Assembly (NCBI RefSeq): GCF_964355755.1
Contig: NC_092672.1
Location: 29,208,437-29,272,436, forward strand
Reading direction: 5' to 3'
Source of the DNA: Antedon mediterranea
Lineage: Eukaryota > Animalia > Echinodermata
DNA: 64,000 nt
Both the position numbers and the translations under genes were made by a program. The notes under the pieces are model-generated. The model saw only the letters and a list, made by a program, of their open reading frames with translations. It was not told the DNA's origin and did not search any database. Position 1 is the first letter of the stretch. Every line of letters starts with the position of its first letter. Positions 50,373 through 63,775 of this stretch are shown piece after piece.

Positions 50373-52200
50373 TAAAGATAGGTGGTGGAGGTTATGACAT
50401 ATTTTCTATTCCACCACCACCTTTTCTCCAATTTTCTGAAATAATAATCTTTATTTTGATAATGTTGTTCAGCTAAAATGGTATAGTAATTACAGTTTAT
50501 TGACTGGTGATAAACAACTTTAGTTAAGGCACGTCACTTGGAAAAAACTTAGAAAAACACTAAAATCATTGTTAATGTTAATAGGTTAAATGCTTAAAAA
50601 GTGTTTTCAAATAATGTCTTCATTATTAAGTCAATCATTTGTCCGACATTCATTTCCTTTCTCCTTGGACCAACAGGGTATAATTTTTTTAGGTCTAAGA
50701 GGTTTTAAATCTAAGAGCTTAAGATTTGAGGTTAAGTACTGAAACTCTGCTTGTCCCTTCTTTATGTGGCGTCACAATGAAACCAAGCTATTATTCAAGG
50801 CCTAGACAATTATGTTTTATCGTCAGATATAGATATTCAAAAGAAAAATCTATTGATTAAGAGTACATTCAAACGTACAGTTGGTTGTGTATCGTAGCGC
50901 GAGGTCACATTATAATTAGTTTCGTAACAGAAAAATGTTCTTTAGATTTGATTTTATAACGCTTTCATTAAAAACTAAAGTGTTGATGATCGAGGAAACA
51001 ATCTGGCATGTTGGAATAAATTTGTTTGTGACTTGCTGGTCAAAATCATTGATGTATGACTTTAATATTGTGACTATTGAAACCTATGAAAGTGTCATAG
51101 CAGGTGGATTGCATATTTTCCTTGTTTAAATTTAGTATGAAAGCTCCTGTACTGTAGGTCTGGACAGGCCTTTAATTCAAGTATGTTCTAACCCTGAGTC
51201 TTTAAAAAGTCTGTGTCATGAGAAAAAAAAAGCTCATGGCATCTGGCAGGATTTGAACCCAAGACCCGGGGAAGCTAAAACTCAACTCATAAATATAAAT
51301 TATGCTCACAGCTAATATTTTTTTGATATACAGTATTTATCTGTAGACTAGATATCCAATCTTACAGTACAATTAATATTAAATCAATATTTATAATTAA
51401 AATTCGGTTAAAGTTAAAACTGAATCATTCATTTTAAAAATTAATACTTTCTAAATTGAATTTAAAGTAAGAAGTTATTTGTTCATTCATGAAAAATTGA
51501 TTTCATATTAATAATGTCATAATATCTGTGGTTGCATGTATATTTTTATTTAAAAGAAACTTTTTTATAATTCAATGAGAATTTAAAAGCTGTTTCATTG
51601 TTAAAATAGAAGAAATTGCCATATCCGCTTTTGTACAAAGCATGCATTTGGAGATTATCGCTGGATTTACATAAACATATTTTATTCGTTGATTTGATAA
51701 ATGAGACGCGATCGTGAAGGTCATCATTCACCGATTGTAAAGTTTATTTACAAATGTCATTGTTTCGTGGAAAAGTTTCATTACATTTACATAATTATTA
51801 TAAATCCAAAGGCAAAATACTAAATAAAAATGACATTTTGTGAGCATCAGTGTCTGGATCTCAATGGAGAAAAAAAAGCGAAAGCTAAATCAAAACAATT
51901 TATATATATTAATTTTAAGGTAGATTATTTCTTGTGTCTTTAATTTATCTTGACGAGAATATCAAATCTCGTTGTACAATGGGCGCATTGTGAAAACGAA
52001 AAGTTGTATTAAAGGAAAAACGAATATACTAGGAAAGAATTGCACTTTTACTATTTGTTTACACATAGACCCAAGACTGTCTATAAATAGCAACCAGATC
52101 TGTAATTAAGTAATTTTATAAATTTAAATTCCTATTTTGGACGATACATTAACCCTGATAAAATAACTATAGTAAGGATAGGCAAACTGCCTTAAAATGT

Positions 52201-52499
52201 GGCATATGTTTCGAGAAACTATTCTCATCATCAGAAGAACAGAAAACAACGCCTAGAGTACTTATATACCAATAGGACAGGTTGTATGTAAATAAGAGAG
52301 TAATTAGCATGATAAAACAACAAGGAACATAGGCAACAAACAATCATATGGCAAGCGTGACGCCTAAGTTATAGATTTGTTTGTTCAAGAAAGGTTTACT
52401 CCACGTGATGTGGAGGGCTTCCTTGACCTTAAGTTTGAAAGCGGAATCTGCAGAATCCAGAACGGTGAAGCAATCCGCATTAGCGAGGGCCTTACAACA
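52201..52499 (-). mobile_element. Penelope-like element 3' remnant (GIY-YIG C-terminus plus pseudo-LTR with hammerhead core)
   Basis: 52499-52344 translates CCKALANADCFTVLDSADSAFKLKVKEALHITWSKPFLNKQIYNLGVTLAI*, matching the KEAL.I...P.LN motif. Followed by TATATAA and CUGAUGA-U-GAGAA-uagu-UUCUC-GAAAC. Confidence 0.85.
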
Positions 52500-53049
52500 T
52501 TGCCCATGTTGTTGTGAATAGCCAAGATCTTCTGTTTGTTAGCTGCGCATCTTGGTAGAAACATGCCCTACAAAAATCCAAGAAAATTGTGGAATCGTAT
52601 CAAACAGTTAGTAAAGCGTTGTTTTGAATTGAAGTCGTGAAGAATGAAGCGTACTCATTAAGATGATTTAGTGTCATGTTCAAACAGAATACATACTTTA
52701 GATGATTAAAGACAGTGCTAAATGTCATTTTTCACCCAGTTACGCGTCGGTCATGGAATGATTTTCGCATCCAGAATGTGCGTATTTATGCTTCATTATT
52801 CCACTTCGAGGGTTTTTAATCACTGTTCCATAGGTGTTTAATGGCATGCCTATGACTATAACATGTTGCTAATCACATCTTTTTCTAAATTGTAAATTAC
52901 TGACTTTACAGTGCCCTCGAGCATCATGGGCAATTGGATTTGTCACTGAAAGTCTTCCGAAATAACCTTTGACCTCATACAAGAAAATCTTATTTAACTT
53001 GTTTCTTTCAGTAAACAAAATTCTTTATTTCAACATTCAAGATATTGCA

Positions 53050-53170
53050 CAGACAAAAAATGAAAATATGATGTGCCTATAGTATATGAACATGATGATG
53101 TCATATCACTACCATATTTGGGAATATCACATTTGTTTTGTCAAAATAGTTTGATAGTGTAGAAAGAGCT
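53050..53170. mobile_element. MITE family B, partial copy
   Basis: tgtcatatcactaccatatttggg ... agtttgatagtgtagaaagagct right end. Confidence 0.7.
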
Positions 53171-53477
53171 AAAAATCCATCATATAGTACTAGCAACCAT
53201 ACGAAAAATGCTTAAGTATTCCATGTTTGCCATGGATGTACAGTATAGTTATTTATATACTTAGGCTGCCGAGCGAGTAAGAGTTCCAATACAGGACGTG
53301 TTATTATATCTTGAAACAGCTACAATAGAGTAGATGGTTGTTTCCACAAGATTTTGTGTTTTGTCCAATAACATTATTCATTTTTATATAGTTTTTTGTT
53401 TTTTTTGCCAATTGCCGTTTTAATCAAAGTGAATCTTTTTTTTACGACGTGATACTTTTTTTTCTCACTTTTTTTAG

Positions 53478-53614
53478 GGAAGCCATTCAACCGTTGTGTG
53501 AGACCCGTAAAATCAACACTAACAATATACAAGTGTTTCTGGAGTCTTCATCCTCACCTCTACCATTGCAAATTCCCTGCTATCCTCTTGGAGGTCAAAA
53601 AATTTACATTCGCT
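53478..53614 (+). CDS. PLEKHG5: PLEKHG5-like exon, RBD-like domain part 2 (EAIQPLCETRKINTNNIQVFLESSSSPLPLQIPCYPLGGQKIYIR)
   Basis: ttttttag acceptor, T|GTAAGT donor, phase 2 to 1. Resembles PLEKHG5 EVLLPVFERKGI...IYLDQSNTPLSL...YRFGGHYLRVK. Confidence 0.93.
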
Positions 53615-53747
53615 GTAAGTTACTAAACAAAACAGCAAGACCAAAGATCACCGTATACGTTAGATTAACTACGTCTGAACGTACCATTATGGACAGATCC
53701 AGGTGGGATCTAGGACGCACCATTTTTCTCCATTTGACTACCGTATC

Positions 53748-54060
53748 TAAAAATGTATTGTCCCCCAAAATCACGGAAAATAAAAATCTATAAAATCAGA
53801 ATTTAATAGGCCATTTTGCAGTTTTATTCAAGTTATTCACTTCAATAGAAAAATAAATGCTTAAATTATTTTTGTTGATTATGCCATTTTAATATTTCCC
53901 ATAAAAAAATTGGCTGTCAGCCAATGATTTTTTGGTTGAATTTAGTTTATGTCTTTTTTTAAGTGAAAACAATAGTTTGAGGTTTTTTCTGCAGAAGTGA
54001 TTAACATTATTTAAACTACAAAATAGCCTATTCAAAATCAGATTTATTAATCTTTAATTA
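53748..54060. mobile_element. Kolobok-like MITE, rearranged/degenerate copy
   Basis: aatgtattgtccccc terminus and interior ttggctgtcagccaatg...gaagtgattaac shared with 54720-55055. Confidence 0.55.
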
Positions 54061-54333
54061 TTATTCATTTTTTTCATTATTTTACTGAAGTTTACAAAAC
54101 ATTCGTATTATTAATAGAAAAAAAACTTGCATTCATAATTTTTCATGTCACAATAATAACAAATGTTGCTTTTAAGAAATTACCGCAAATACATTTTTAT
54201 GGACATAGAGATTTATAAAAATAAGAATTGTACATTGTAAAAACTGTACAATTTATATTTATGGTGTATTAAGTATCAATAATAAAACAGTAGTTAATAT
54301 TTGAAAAATGTATATTTTTATACTTGTTCTCAG

Positions 54334-54422
54334 CTAAAAGGAAAGATTCCGCAATAGGTGACGGACGACGAACAGTCGGGCCACGAGCTCTACGCACCAT
54401 GAAGGCCTGGGATGATAAGGAC
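54334..54422 (+). CDS. PLEKHG5: PLEKHG5-like exon (SKRKDSAIGDGRRTVGPRALRTMKAWDDKD)
   Basis: ttgttctcag acceptor, GAC|GTAAGT donor, phase 1 to 0 in frame; GC-richer than the flanks. Confidence 0.88.
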
Positions 54423-54719
54423 GTAAGTACAACCATTACTTTTTCTTTTATTGTAAATATTTAAAATCAAGTTTAAATTGTTTTTTTTCACAGATTATTA
54501 TTATATTTAACAACTTTTACTTGCATTTCAGAATTTTCAATTATTATCAGTTTTTACTCCATGCTATTATTGTATTTATTTTAATAATTATTATTATTAT
54601 TTTCGACAGATATAAGTACTGTATATAGCTAGCAAAAATACAATATAAAGTTATTTGTAAAGTTTTATCACCACAAATAAAATAATTATTGCTTTATATC
54701 CCGTAATTTAAATAAGCAG

Positions 54720-55055
54720 TTAAAGATGTATTGTCCCCCTGAAAATATAATTCTTACAACATTTTTTGTTGAATATTCCATTTTAGTGTAACATAATAGT
54801 TATCCACTTCGAACAAAAATTGTATTTACCTGGAAAAATGTAATTTAAAGCAAAAAATGGTCAAATTGGCTGCCTGCCAATGGATTTTTGGTTGAAATTA
54901 ACCATTTATTTTGTTTTATAAGTGAAAACATGATTTGTTTTCATTTGTTTTTCTATGGAAGTGATTAACTTTATTAAAACTACAAAATAACTTATTGAAA
55001 GTCTGATTTAATTAATCTTCATTTTTCATGTTTTTGGGGGACAATACATCTTTAA
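54720..55055. mobile_element. Kolobok-like MITE, intact copy (coordinates include the TTAA sites)
   Basis: Perfect 20 bp inverted ends ttaaagatgtattgtccccc / gggggacaatacatctttaa. TTAA with AG..CT termini fits Kolobok rather than piggyBac. Confidence 0.8.
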
Positions 55056-57172
55056 GCTTCAAACTATGTGCTTTATTAATAATTCTAATAGTTAGGCTTA
55101 CTATTTTTTAATCAAGTATTTCGCTATTTCCAAGTTTGATTTCGGTAGAATTACGTAAATATTGGTTTTTTTTTATTTGACTTATATTTAGAATTATGTA
55201 CAGTAAAGTAAACAATAGTTAAATAATAATAAATGTAAGTAGCTGTTATATTGGCACAGTAAAAAATATAGTGTTTAGGTATGATATCAATACAAATAAT
55301 TTATATTTAAGTTTTACTTTTACACATAAGGTTATTTATTATTTTTTATTATTATTTTTTACAATTATATTACATTAAGTATTAAGACAAACAGTTAAAA
55401 TTGATGAATTGTTGTTGTTGTTGTTGGCTAAATTTTTTTATAAAAATACAAATTAATACTAACAACTCCACACCAAATCACACATTTCGGTATAACACTA
55501 TTCAAAGCACCTCCAAAATGCAGAAGAATAATCCCAATATTGATTTATAGATATATTCAGTTTATTTGATATCTAAGTTAATTTGTGAACATTTTGAAAA
55601 TGAAGCATAAATGTACTAATTAGAATTAATATATTTTATTAGATTTTTAAATTTGTTCTAATATATTTTTTGGTTTTAAATTTGAGATTTGAGACACTGG
55701 CAAAAGCAATGTGAATGATTTCAAATAATGTACATTTTAAAATCAGTTTCATTTTGAATGAAAAATAAACAACAAAACAATGGATGTTGAGAGATTCTAC
55801 TACAGTACCAATAAAAGGATGTAAGAAAGTATCATAATAAAATCTTTTTATTAATTTCAAGAATTGAAATGAATAATTATTATTATACTTTATACAGTCT
55901 TAAACAATATGAATATAATCTGCCATTTATTCTTTGCTTTATGTATTTTATTAGACAAACATACATTTTTATGTCAAACTTTAATTTCAAAATGTATTTG
56001 GAATCTTTTGAGGTAAACAAAACATCAGATTACATCTCCAATAACATTAAAAGAGAAATCCTATTTGCACATAGACTCAAATCATTACAAAAATCTCATT
56101 TATTGTTATTTTTAGATCCTCTAACAAATTACATGTTCCCTGCAACAGATAAATTTTCTTGTGATTAGATTTTAGCCCGCGGATGAAAAACATTTGTGTT
56201 GAATGACATCGACGGTTATCCGTGTCTGCCGCTATCATTCTTGTTGATTACTCGGTTGATAAACATAAAATGTCTGTTTACCTTAAAAAATGATTTGAAA
56301 CAATATTAGTTTCAAAGCTGTGAGCAGTACAGGTTTAAATAAATAGTAAATTTAAATCATTTCCGATGGAGTATATGAAAAAATAAAACATTTTTTAAAG
56401 ATATATTTTCACCCTGGAAAAATAATGTTTAAAACTTGTTTTACCACATAATTATTTAAATGAATAAATAGTAAACCGGAGAATTATTTCTGAAAGACAA
56501 GGATTCTGCTTTTATGTAATGTTTTTGCACATTCTTATTTGTTATTGTGGTTTTTTTTAGGGTGGGAGAGGGGTTGGATAGCAAAAAGTGAGTTACTTTA
56601 TTTATAAAAAAAAAACCAAATTACCTATTTGAAGTTTGAACTTTTTTGTTTCTGTTTTGATTGAAAATATATCATAAAACAAATTAGAGAAGTAAGTAAA
56701 TATGTACTGTATGATGAGTGTGTCGTGTTTTATGCGAGGAATAGAATATATATTACTTAATTACTTGACTGGTTACAAAACTTAATTTTTGTTTTGGCTA
56801 CGGAAACACATCCTTATAGTTGTGGACATATCAACAAAGACGAATAATTCATACCATACACTTAATACAATATACTACAAATGTCCTTAAGATATCAATT
56901 CCTATCTTTTGTGTTGTTCTACATTTTATCTTTTCTTCTATACTAATAATATTATTTGCTTTGTATAAGTATGGTTAATTAATAAATAGAGCTTTTTTGT
57001 AGTAATTTTTTAATTTATGGAATAAGTTATTTAATATAATATTTAATATTAATTCAATGATTGCTATACTACTAATGATGATGATGTAATGATGCTACAT
57101 GTTTTGAGCATTGCTGATTCAAATATCCAAAAGTTCATTAGGATAAGTCCTACCCTAAAATTTATGGTACTT

Positions 57173-57270
57173 AGGGGTGGATCCAAGGAGTGGATCCAAG
57201 AGGTGGATCCAAGGGGTGGATCCAAGGGGTGGATCCAAGGAGTGGATCCAAGGGGTGGATCCAAGGGGTG
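57173..57270. repeat. 13 bp minisatellite (aggggtggatcca) x7 at the left end of a small TIR element
   Basis: Direct reading. Matching right end aaaatcctggatacttctctg at ~57305-57325; unexpanded relative at ~15252-15373. Confidence 0.9.
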
Positions 57271-58594
57271 TGCTAAGCTGCTCTTTGTTTGCTTTACAGT
57301 TTAAAAAATCCTGGATACTTCTCTGGTACTTGCCTATTATATATGTTCAATATTAATTATAGATCCTATATCTAGCCAAAATTGTATTCCTAATATAGAT
57401 GAAATCTATGTTTTTTTTTATAAATTCAAAATGTATATAATCAATAATAATATTTATTTGGTTGATGGATAGGGTTTACAGTTAATAGGTTGATAGGTAT
57501 TTGCGCCTACCTGACCTACGAAAAGTGTGTTAAATTATTATGCGCTTGCAGCGACATTGGGACGTGCTTCTTCACTAAATTCCTTGACATATTTTGGACG
57601 GATTCTAAGTCTAGACAATTACCAACTTTACGATATGCGTAGGTCCAAGGTCATTGCAAACCGAAGGCTCCCTATTAATAAATTAATAAACGTTTATTAT
57701 TGAGGGGATGAAAACTCATTATATTTTAAGAAATTTTCTAAATTTATATATAAAAATTGATTTTTATTCCAGTTTATTAAAAACTTGAGGGTATTTTTGC
57801 ATAGATTACCAATTTGTTGGTCACAAGGACAATTTCATTCTCATTTGCTATGTAAATTAAATCGTGGTTATCAAAAATTTGTCTTGAAGCAAAATGTCAT
57901 TTTCATTATTATTTATAATTTATGATGCTGAATACCACTATCAGTAAATATGTATACATCATTGTAGCGTCATTAATGTTATATTAATAATGGTAATCTT
58001 GTTTATTAATGTAGATTGAAATTGATTGCCTAGCATAGGTAACCTTCCTTTCTTGTATTGTTTTGTATGCATATATGGCCATTTTTTAAATTTTACAATC
58101 TAAAATAAAGCAAATATTCCTAAAAAGATGTGTGGAAGACCACTCTGCCCCACCCCCTCCTCCCTCCTCCCTCCTCCCTCCCACCTAAAAAAATTGAAAC
58201 TATTCAAAAGAATTGATTGTAATATCATTGTCATGTACAAAATATACAAAGTCAGTCATGTACTTTACGTCATGATAGCTTCTGCAACTGACACCAATTT
58301 CTGAATAGTGTATTATTTTAATCACAATATACACTGAAATTGTATCAATTGCTGTCTCTTATGATTACTTTCTTAAAATAAAATTACCATAATGTTTGCA
58401 CTATTTTGGTGGCATCTTTTGTAGACCATATGTATATATGTGTAACAATTATTTACCGAAGTCATTATGAAAGTGTGTTATGTATATAGACATAATACAA
58501 AGTGACAGTTGTTACACTCAGTTATTGAGACATTGTGTTGAATGTTGCCTGAATCCACACAATCCAATGATTTATCTGGAATTGCAAAATTGTA

Positions 58595-58850
58595 TAGTAG
58601 AACCACTATTCAGGGGACACAATCAGGATCCAAAAAATGTCCTCTGAATAGAGGTTGTAGTGTTAAAATATATATATTTACAGATACAGATTCATTTATC
58701 TCATCTCCTCATCATAGTGGTTGTGTTAATATATATATTTCCTCTCATCATCACAGAGTGTCCTTGTAATAGGAGTTGTAGTTTTTAAAGCATTCCCTCT
58801 TCACCACTGGTAGTCCCCGGAATAGGGGTATACAAAGAAGGGGTTCACTC
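58595..58850. mobile_element. Degenerate pogo/Tigger-like MITE
   Basis: agtagaaccactattcaggggacac ... gtcc..tgaatagagg motifs, also seen at ~10285-10480, ~13130-13190 and ~59685-59850. Confidence 0.45.
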
Positions 58851-61029
58851 CCAGATTTAGCATCCACAAAAATGTATCAACCCTGTAATAAGTCAGAGTT
58901 TTTCATCCTCTTACTTTAAAGTATATAATAGTTTTCATGATATGGGAGTTCTCATTGTTTTTCTGAGAAATGTTTTTAACTAAAATGAAAAGATGTACAG
59001 TAAATCATTGGCACCGGTAAAATTAAAATCAAATTTCTACTTCATTTGCCTTCTTGCATTTAAGGAATATGTCAGACTCTCAGTCTTTGATATCTGGGAC
59101 CTTTTCTTCATTTTCCTAAAGATGGTTTTGAAATAAAATCATGTACAGAATTATTGTATTCCGTTTGCAGTCGTAGCATCCAAGAAATTCGTCAACCTCT
59201 CTGAGAAATTATTTGCATCCATCCTTTTTACTACAGGCTTCTTTGACAGTCAAATTAATGTACTACATTAAACAATGTTATTATGAACATGTAGAACAAC
59301 CTGCTATAATTGGCACTGAAATATATTAGATTCTTGTTCTACTGGGCTTTTCATATATAACTTGTAAAATATAGTAATCCAAAAAATTAATTGAATTTTC
59401 TCAAAAGATTGAAATATTTTACTTATGTGTTGTCATAATAACTAACAATAAATGTTAGATGATCTAACATTGTTATTTTTCTCATCATAAACACAAATGA
59501 ATATTTTTTTTTAATGGCTTTCAATAGCAACCAGATACAAAAAAAAATATTTTTATTGATTTAAATATGTTTGCCATATTGCTTTGAAAAAATGACTGTA
59601 ATTAACAAAAGCTTTTTTTATAACAGCTATCCTATAATTCATATTTTGTGCAGAACTCCTATTAAAATTACACCTACCCAACAAAATGTCCCTGAATATA
59701 GTTTGGCCCTTGAATATAGGTTGGCCCTTGAATAGAGATTGGCCCTTAAATTGAGGTGTCCCAGAAATAACGAGTGTCCTGTACCACTGTTATTTTTACA
59801 TGAGCAAGAAATAAAAACAAACAAACAAACCAAATGAGGTGTTCTACTGTGTCTGTAATATTTTTATTTATCTTGTAAATATGAAGATAAATAAATTAAA
59901 ATGGCTTTGTATACTAATATCAAAGTAGTTGTGATGGTAAATAATACTATTTAGGCCTATAGTGAGGAATTGTTAAATAATGAAATTTATATAACATGAA
60001 TATAAAATTTAAAATTTCCTTACAGTAATTGGCGGCAAGCATTTTCAGCTATTAATAAAGAATCCAATTTAAATTCTTTATTGACTGATTTATTTCAATT
60101 TGGCACCATGCCAAGTTATTAACAAATTTCCGACAAATCCTATAGGCCTAAACTCACTAATAAAGTATGCTGTAGCACTCATTACCAGGCATCACCACAT
60201 TTTCTGAAAACATCAGATGTTGTGGTATGGTGATGCTATTAAAGATATTTTAATTGCATGATGGGACACCAAAAGAGACTATACAAAGAGATTTTGGGGT
60301 TTGAGTGTTCAAATCTTTGTTATTCTCTCAAGTGCCCTTTTCAAACTAAAGAGATGTTAAATAATTAGCATAATTAGCCAAGCACTTCACGATGTTTTCC
60401 ATTTTGTGGAAAAAAGGGACTAATGTAAACATTTTTGTACAGGCATGTGTACAATCAATTTAGTGTTGTGATAGGTCCTCAACAACAAACAGCAAACTTG
60501 ATTTGTTTGCGCAGATGTGATGGAAATGAAAATCTATACAAACCTGACTTGTACACATGCATTGATATGCAAAACATGATTTCAAAAAGAAATTCATTAT
60601 ACCCTGTTGCTTCATCAAAAGTCTCCGGACACTTCATGCAATTAAAATGTCCCTATTTATATTTATAGAGTGCACTGTAACAAATATTGAATGTTTATGA
60701 GTGCAATGGTACAATTTCATGAAAGATGAAATTTTATTGTCATGTGAAAATAGAATTTCATCTTTTATGAAAAAGTCTCTGACACTTCATGCAATTAAAA
60801 TGTCCTTATTTATAGAGTGCACTGTATACAAATAATGACTGTTTATGAGTGCAATGCTACAAATAATTTCATGAATTTTTATGAAATTATTTATACCATC
60901 GCACTTGTATTTTAATCGTTCAATCAAATAATAATTATTATTTAGGTGTTATATAAAATGTACTAATATTTGTTGTATCTGTTATAATTTACTGTATATA
61001 TACTTCTCTTCACTTCTTCTTCTATGTAG

Positions 61030-61098
61030 TCAGATTCCGAGTTCGGTCAAACATACAGAAAGGATATCTTTGGTCATCTTGGTATCGCACCACATCCT
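61030..61098 (+). CDS. PLEKHG5: PLEKHG5-like exon (SDSEFGQTYRKDIFGHLGIAPHP)
   Basis: CT-rich tract with tgtag acceptor, CCT|GTAAGA donor; 69 nt, phase 0-0, open. Confidence 0.8.
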
Positions 61099-61495
61099 GT
61101 AAGAGTTCTTTTTTGTCTTCTAAAATATCTTCATTCTAACACAATTTTTTTCAAGCCATTCCATCAAGATTTCTCCAAAAATAAAAATGTGGTTAAACTT
61201 CAGGTACGAAAGTATATGCATACTCCAATAAATTAAAAAATACCATCGTGGATGTTTGTAAAGTTGAATAGAATTAATATTTTCATGAGGTGAAGGATTC
61301 ACCCAGACAAATAAAGCAGTCAGGCTTTCAGTGAGTGAAAATATTATTCCCATTCAATGATTATAAAATATACCTGTATATTATTTTACAAACTTATCTG
61401 TAAGTAAATTATTTTATTCAATTGATCCGGCATTTCACTTTTGAAACAATTGTTGTCGAATGCTCTCTAAAATTTGCCATGAGGTGAAGCAATTA

Positions 61496-61586
61496 AGCTG
61501 GGTTCCCACTTGGACGCTAAACTGGCGAAAATGTTCCCTGACCCAACACAACATTTGTGATTGGTCAACTAAGTGAGAACCAAGCT
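61496..61586. mobile_element. PIF/Harbinger-type MITE family A, short copy
   Basis: agctgggttcccact ... agtgagaaccaagct with TTA TSD. Confidence 0.7.
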
Positions 61587-61699
61587 TTATAGACAGATAA
61601 CATGACATTTCGGCTGTGCATTACTCACTAACCAATCACGTCGATTAAAGTATTTACAATTATCAAAATTTTGAAGAAAATAATGCATGGTACGAGATA

Positions 61700-61984
61700 C
61701 TAAAAATCGACCAAACAAATGGCAACGATACAAAAAGTCATTTTATCAAATGTCATGGATACAAAAAATATTAGCCAATCAAATGGCAAGGATACAAAAA
61801 GTCAGCCAATAAAATGGCAAGGATACAAATAGTCAGTCAATCAAATGGCAAGGATATAAACAGTCAGCTAATCAAATGGCAAGAATACAAAAAGTCAGCC
61901 AATCAAATGGCAAGTAGACAAAAAGTTACAGCCAATCAAATGGCAAAGATGCAAAAATGCAGCTAATCAAATAGCAAAGATACC
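61700..61984. repeat. ~32 bp minisatellite (gtcagccaatcaaatggcaaggatacaaaaa)
   Basis: About 8-9 imperfect units read directly. Confidence 0.9.
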
Positions 61985-62809
61985 CACATATTTGGAGTTT
62001 ACAGTACTTTCATACTTGAAGTTGAACAACCTTTTCTCACACTTTTTTGATTCTCTTGGGAATGATTTGCAGTGATTTTTTAAACCTAAATGTTTTATGT
62101 GTGTTTGTACTGCCTGCATGTATGTTGTACTAAATGTGTGTGTGTGCATTGCTGTGTGTTTGATTTTATGTTCTTTTAAATATTTTCATTTTATTTCAAC
62201 TACACTTAATGAAAATTGGTCCATTCAGCCGAAGTGGTTATCATTAGAGACCCTCAGAACAATACAATTTATACATTACATATATTTTGAAATTGAATAA
62301 TATACAATAACAAATAAAATAAATTTAAATTAAATCAAACATGAATTATTTAAAAGAATTTCTTTTATTTTATATATTTTTCCATACACATTATATGTAT
62401 GTATTGTTTATATTTGTCACAAATTCATCTTTTTGCATATTCAATTTTTTCATCTTCATAATAATTTTTTTTTTTTTTTTTTTTGTTGATTTTAATTATA
62501 ATTGATATATAAAAATATTTTGCATGTGGTATGTTTAGTTTTTACTACAGTATCAGAGAGTTGTATGCAGTGGACATTTTGTTTGTTTTTTTTTTGCGTT
62601 TTGGTAACGATAATGATCATGAAAGATTTAAGATGTTTTATTGTGATACTGAAGTGAAGTTTCTTGTTTTGGTGATAGTTTTTGAAAATTATATTTTATT
62701 TTTTCAAGTAATTTAAGAATATTAATGTAACTTGTGTGTTGTTAGAGAAAAATGTGCTGTGGGTTTGATGTGGGGTAGTTCTTGTTGTGATTGTATGGTA
62801 TTATCTCAA

Positions 62810-63775
62810 AATCTCCTCCTGAATAATTGTGCATTCCACCTCCCAATAATTATAGTGTATCCCAATATCTCCTCCTGGATAATTGTGCATTCTACCTCCC
62901 AATAATTATAGTGTATCCCAATATCTCCTCCTGGATAATTGTGCATTCCACCTCCCAATAATTATAGTGTATCCCAATATCTCCTCCTGGATAATTGTGC
63001 ATTCCACCTCCCAATAATTATAGTGTATCCCAATATCTTCTCCCGGGTAATTGGTTTATTCCAGTATCTCCTCCCGGATAATTGCTGTACTGTATCCCTC
63101 CTCCTGGATAATCGGTATATCCCAGTACCTCCTCCAGATAATTGGTGTATCCCAGTACCTCCTCTAGATAATTGGTGTGTATCCCAGTACCTCCTCCAGA
63201 TAATCGGTGTTTATCCCAGTACCTCCTCCAGATAATTGGTGTGTATCCCAGTACCTCCTCCAGATAATCGGTGTATCCCAGTACCTCCTCCAGATAATTG
63301 GTGTATCCCAGTACCTCCTCCAGATAATTGGTGTATCCCAGTACCTCCTCCAGATAATTGGTGTGTATCCCAGTACCTCCTCTAGATAATCGGTGTATCC
63401 CAGTACCTCCTCCAGATAATTGGTGTATCCCAGTACCTCCTCCAGATAATTGGTGTATCCCAGTACCTCCTCCAGATAATTGGTGTATCCCAGTACCTCC
63501 TCTAGATAATTGGTGTATCCCAGTACCTCCTCCAGATAATCGGTGTGTATCCCAGTACCTCCTCCAGATAATCGGTGTGTATCCCAGTACCTTCTCCAGA
63601 TAATTGGTGTATCCCAGTACCTCCTCTAGATAATTGGTGTGTATCCCAGTACCTCCTCCAGATAATCGGTGTATCCCAGTACCTCCTCCAGATAATTGGT
63701 GTATCCCAATATCTCCTCTTGGATAATCGGTGTGTATCCCAGTACCTCCTCCAGATAATTGTAGTGTCCCAAATC
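62810..63775. repeat. Compound minisatellite: 56 bp units, then 30-32 bp units (gtgtatcccagtacctcctccagataattg)
   Basis: About 4 copies of 56 bp to ~63045, then about 20+ copies of a 30-32 bp unit; explains the repetitive ORFs at 62939-63802. Confidence 0.95.
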
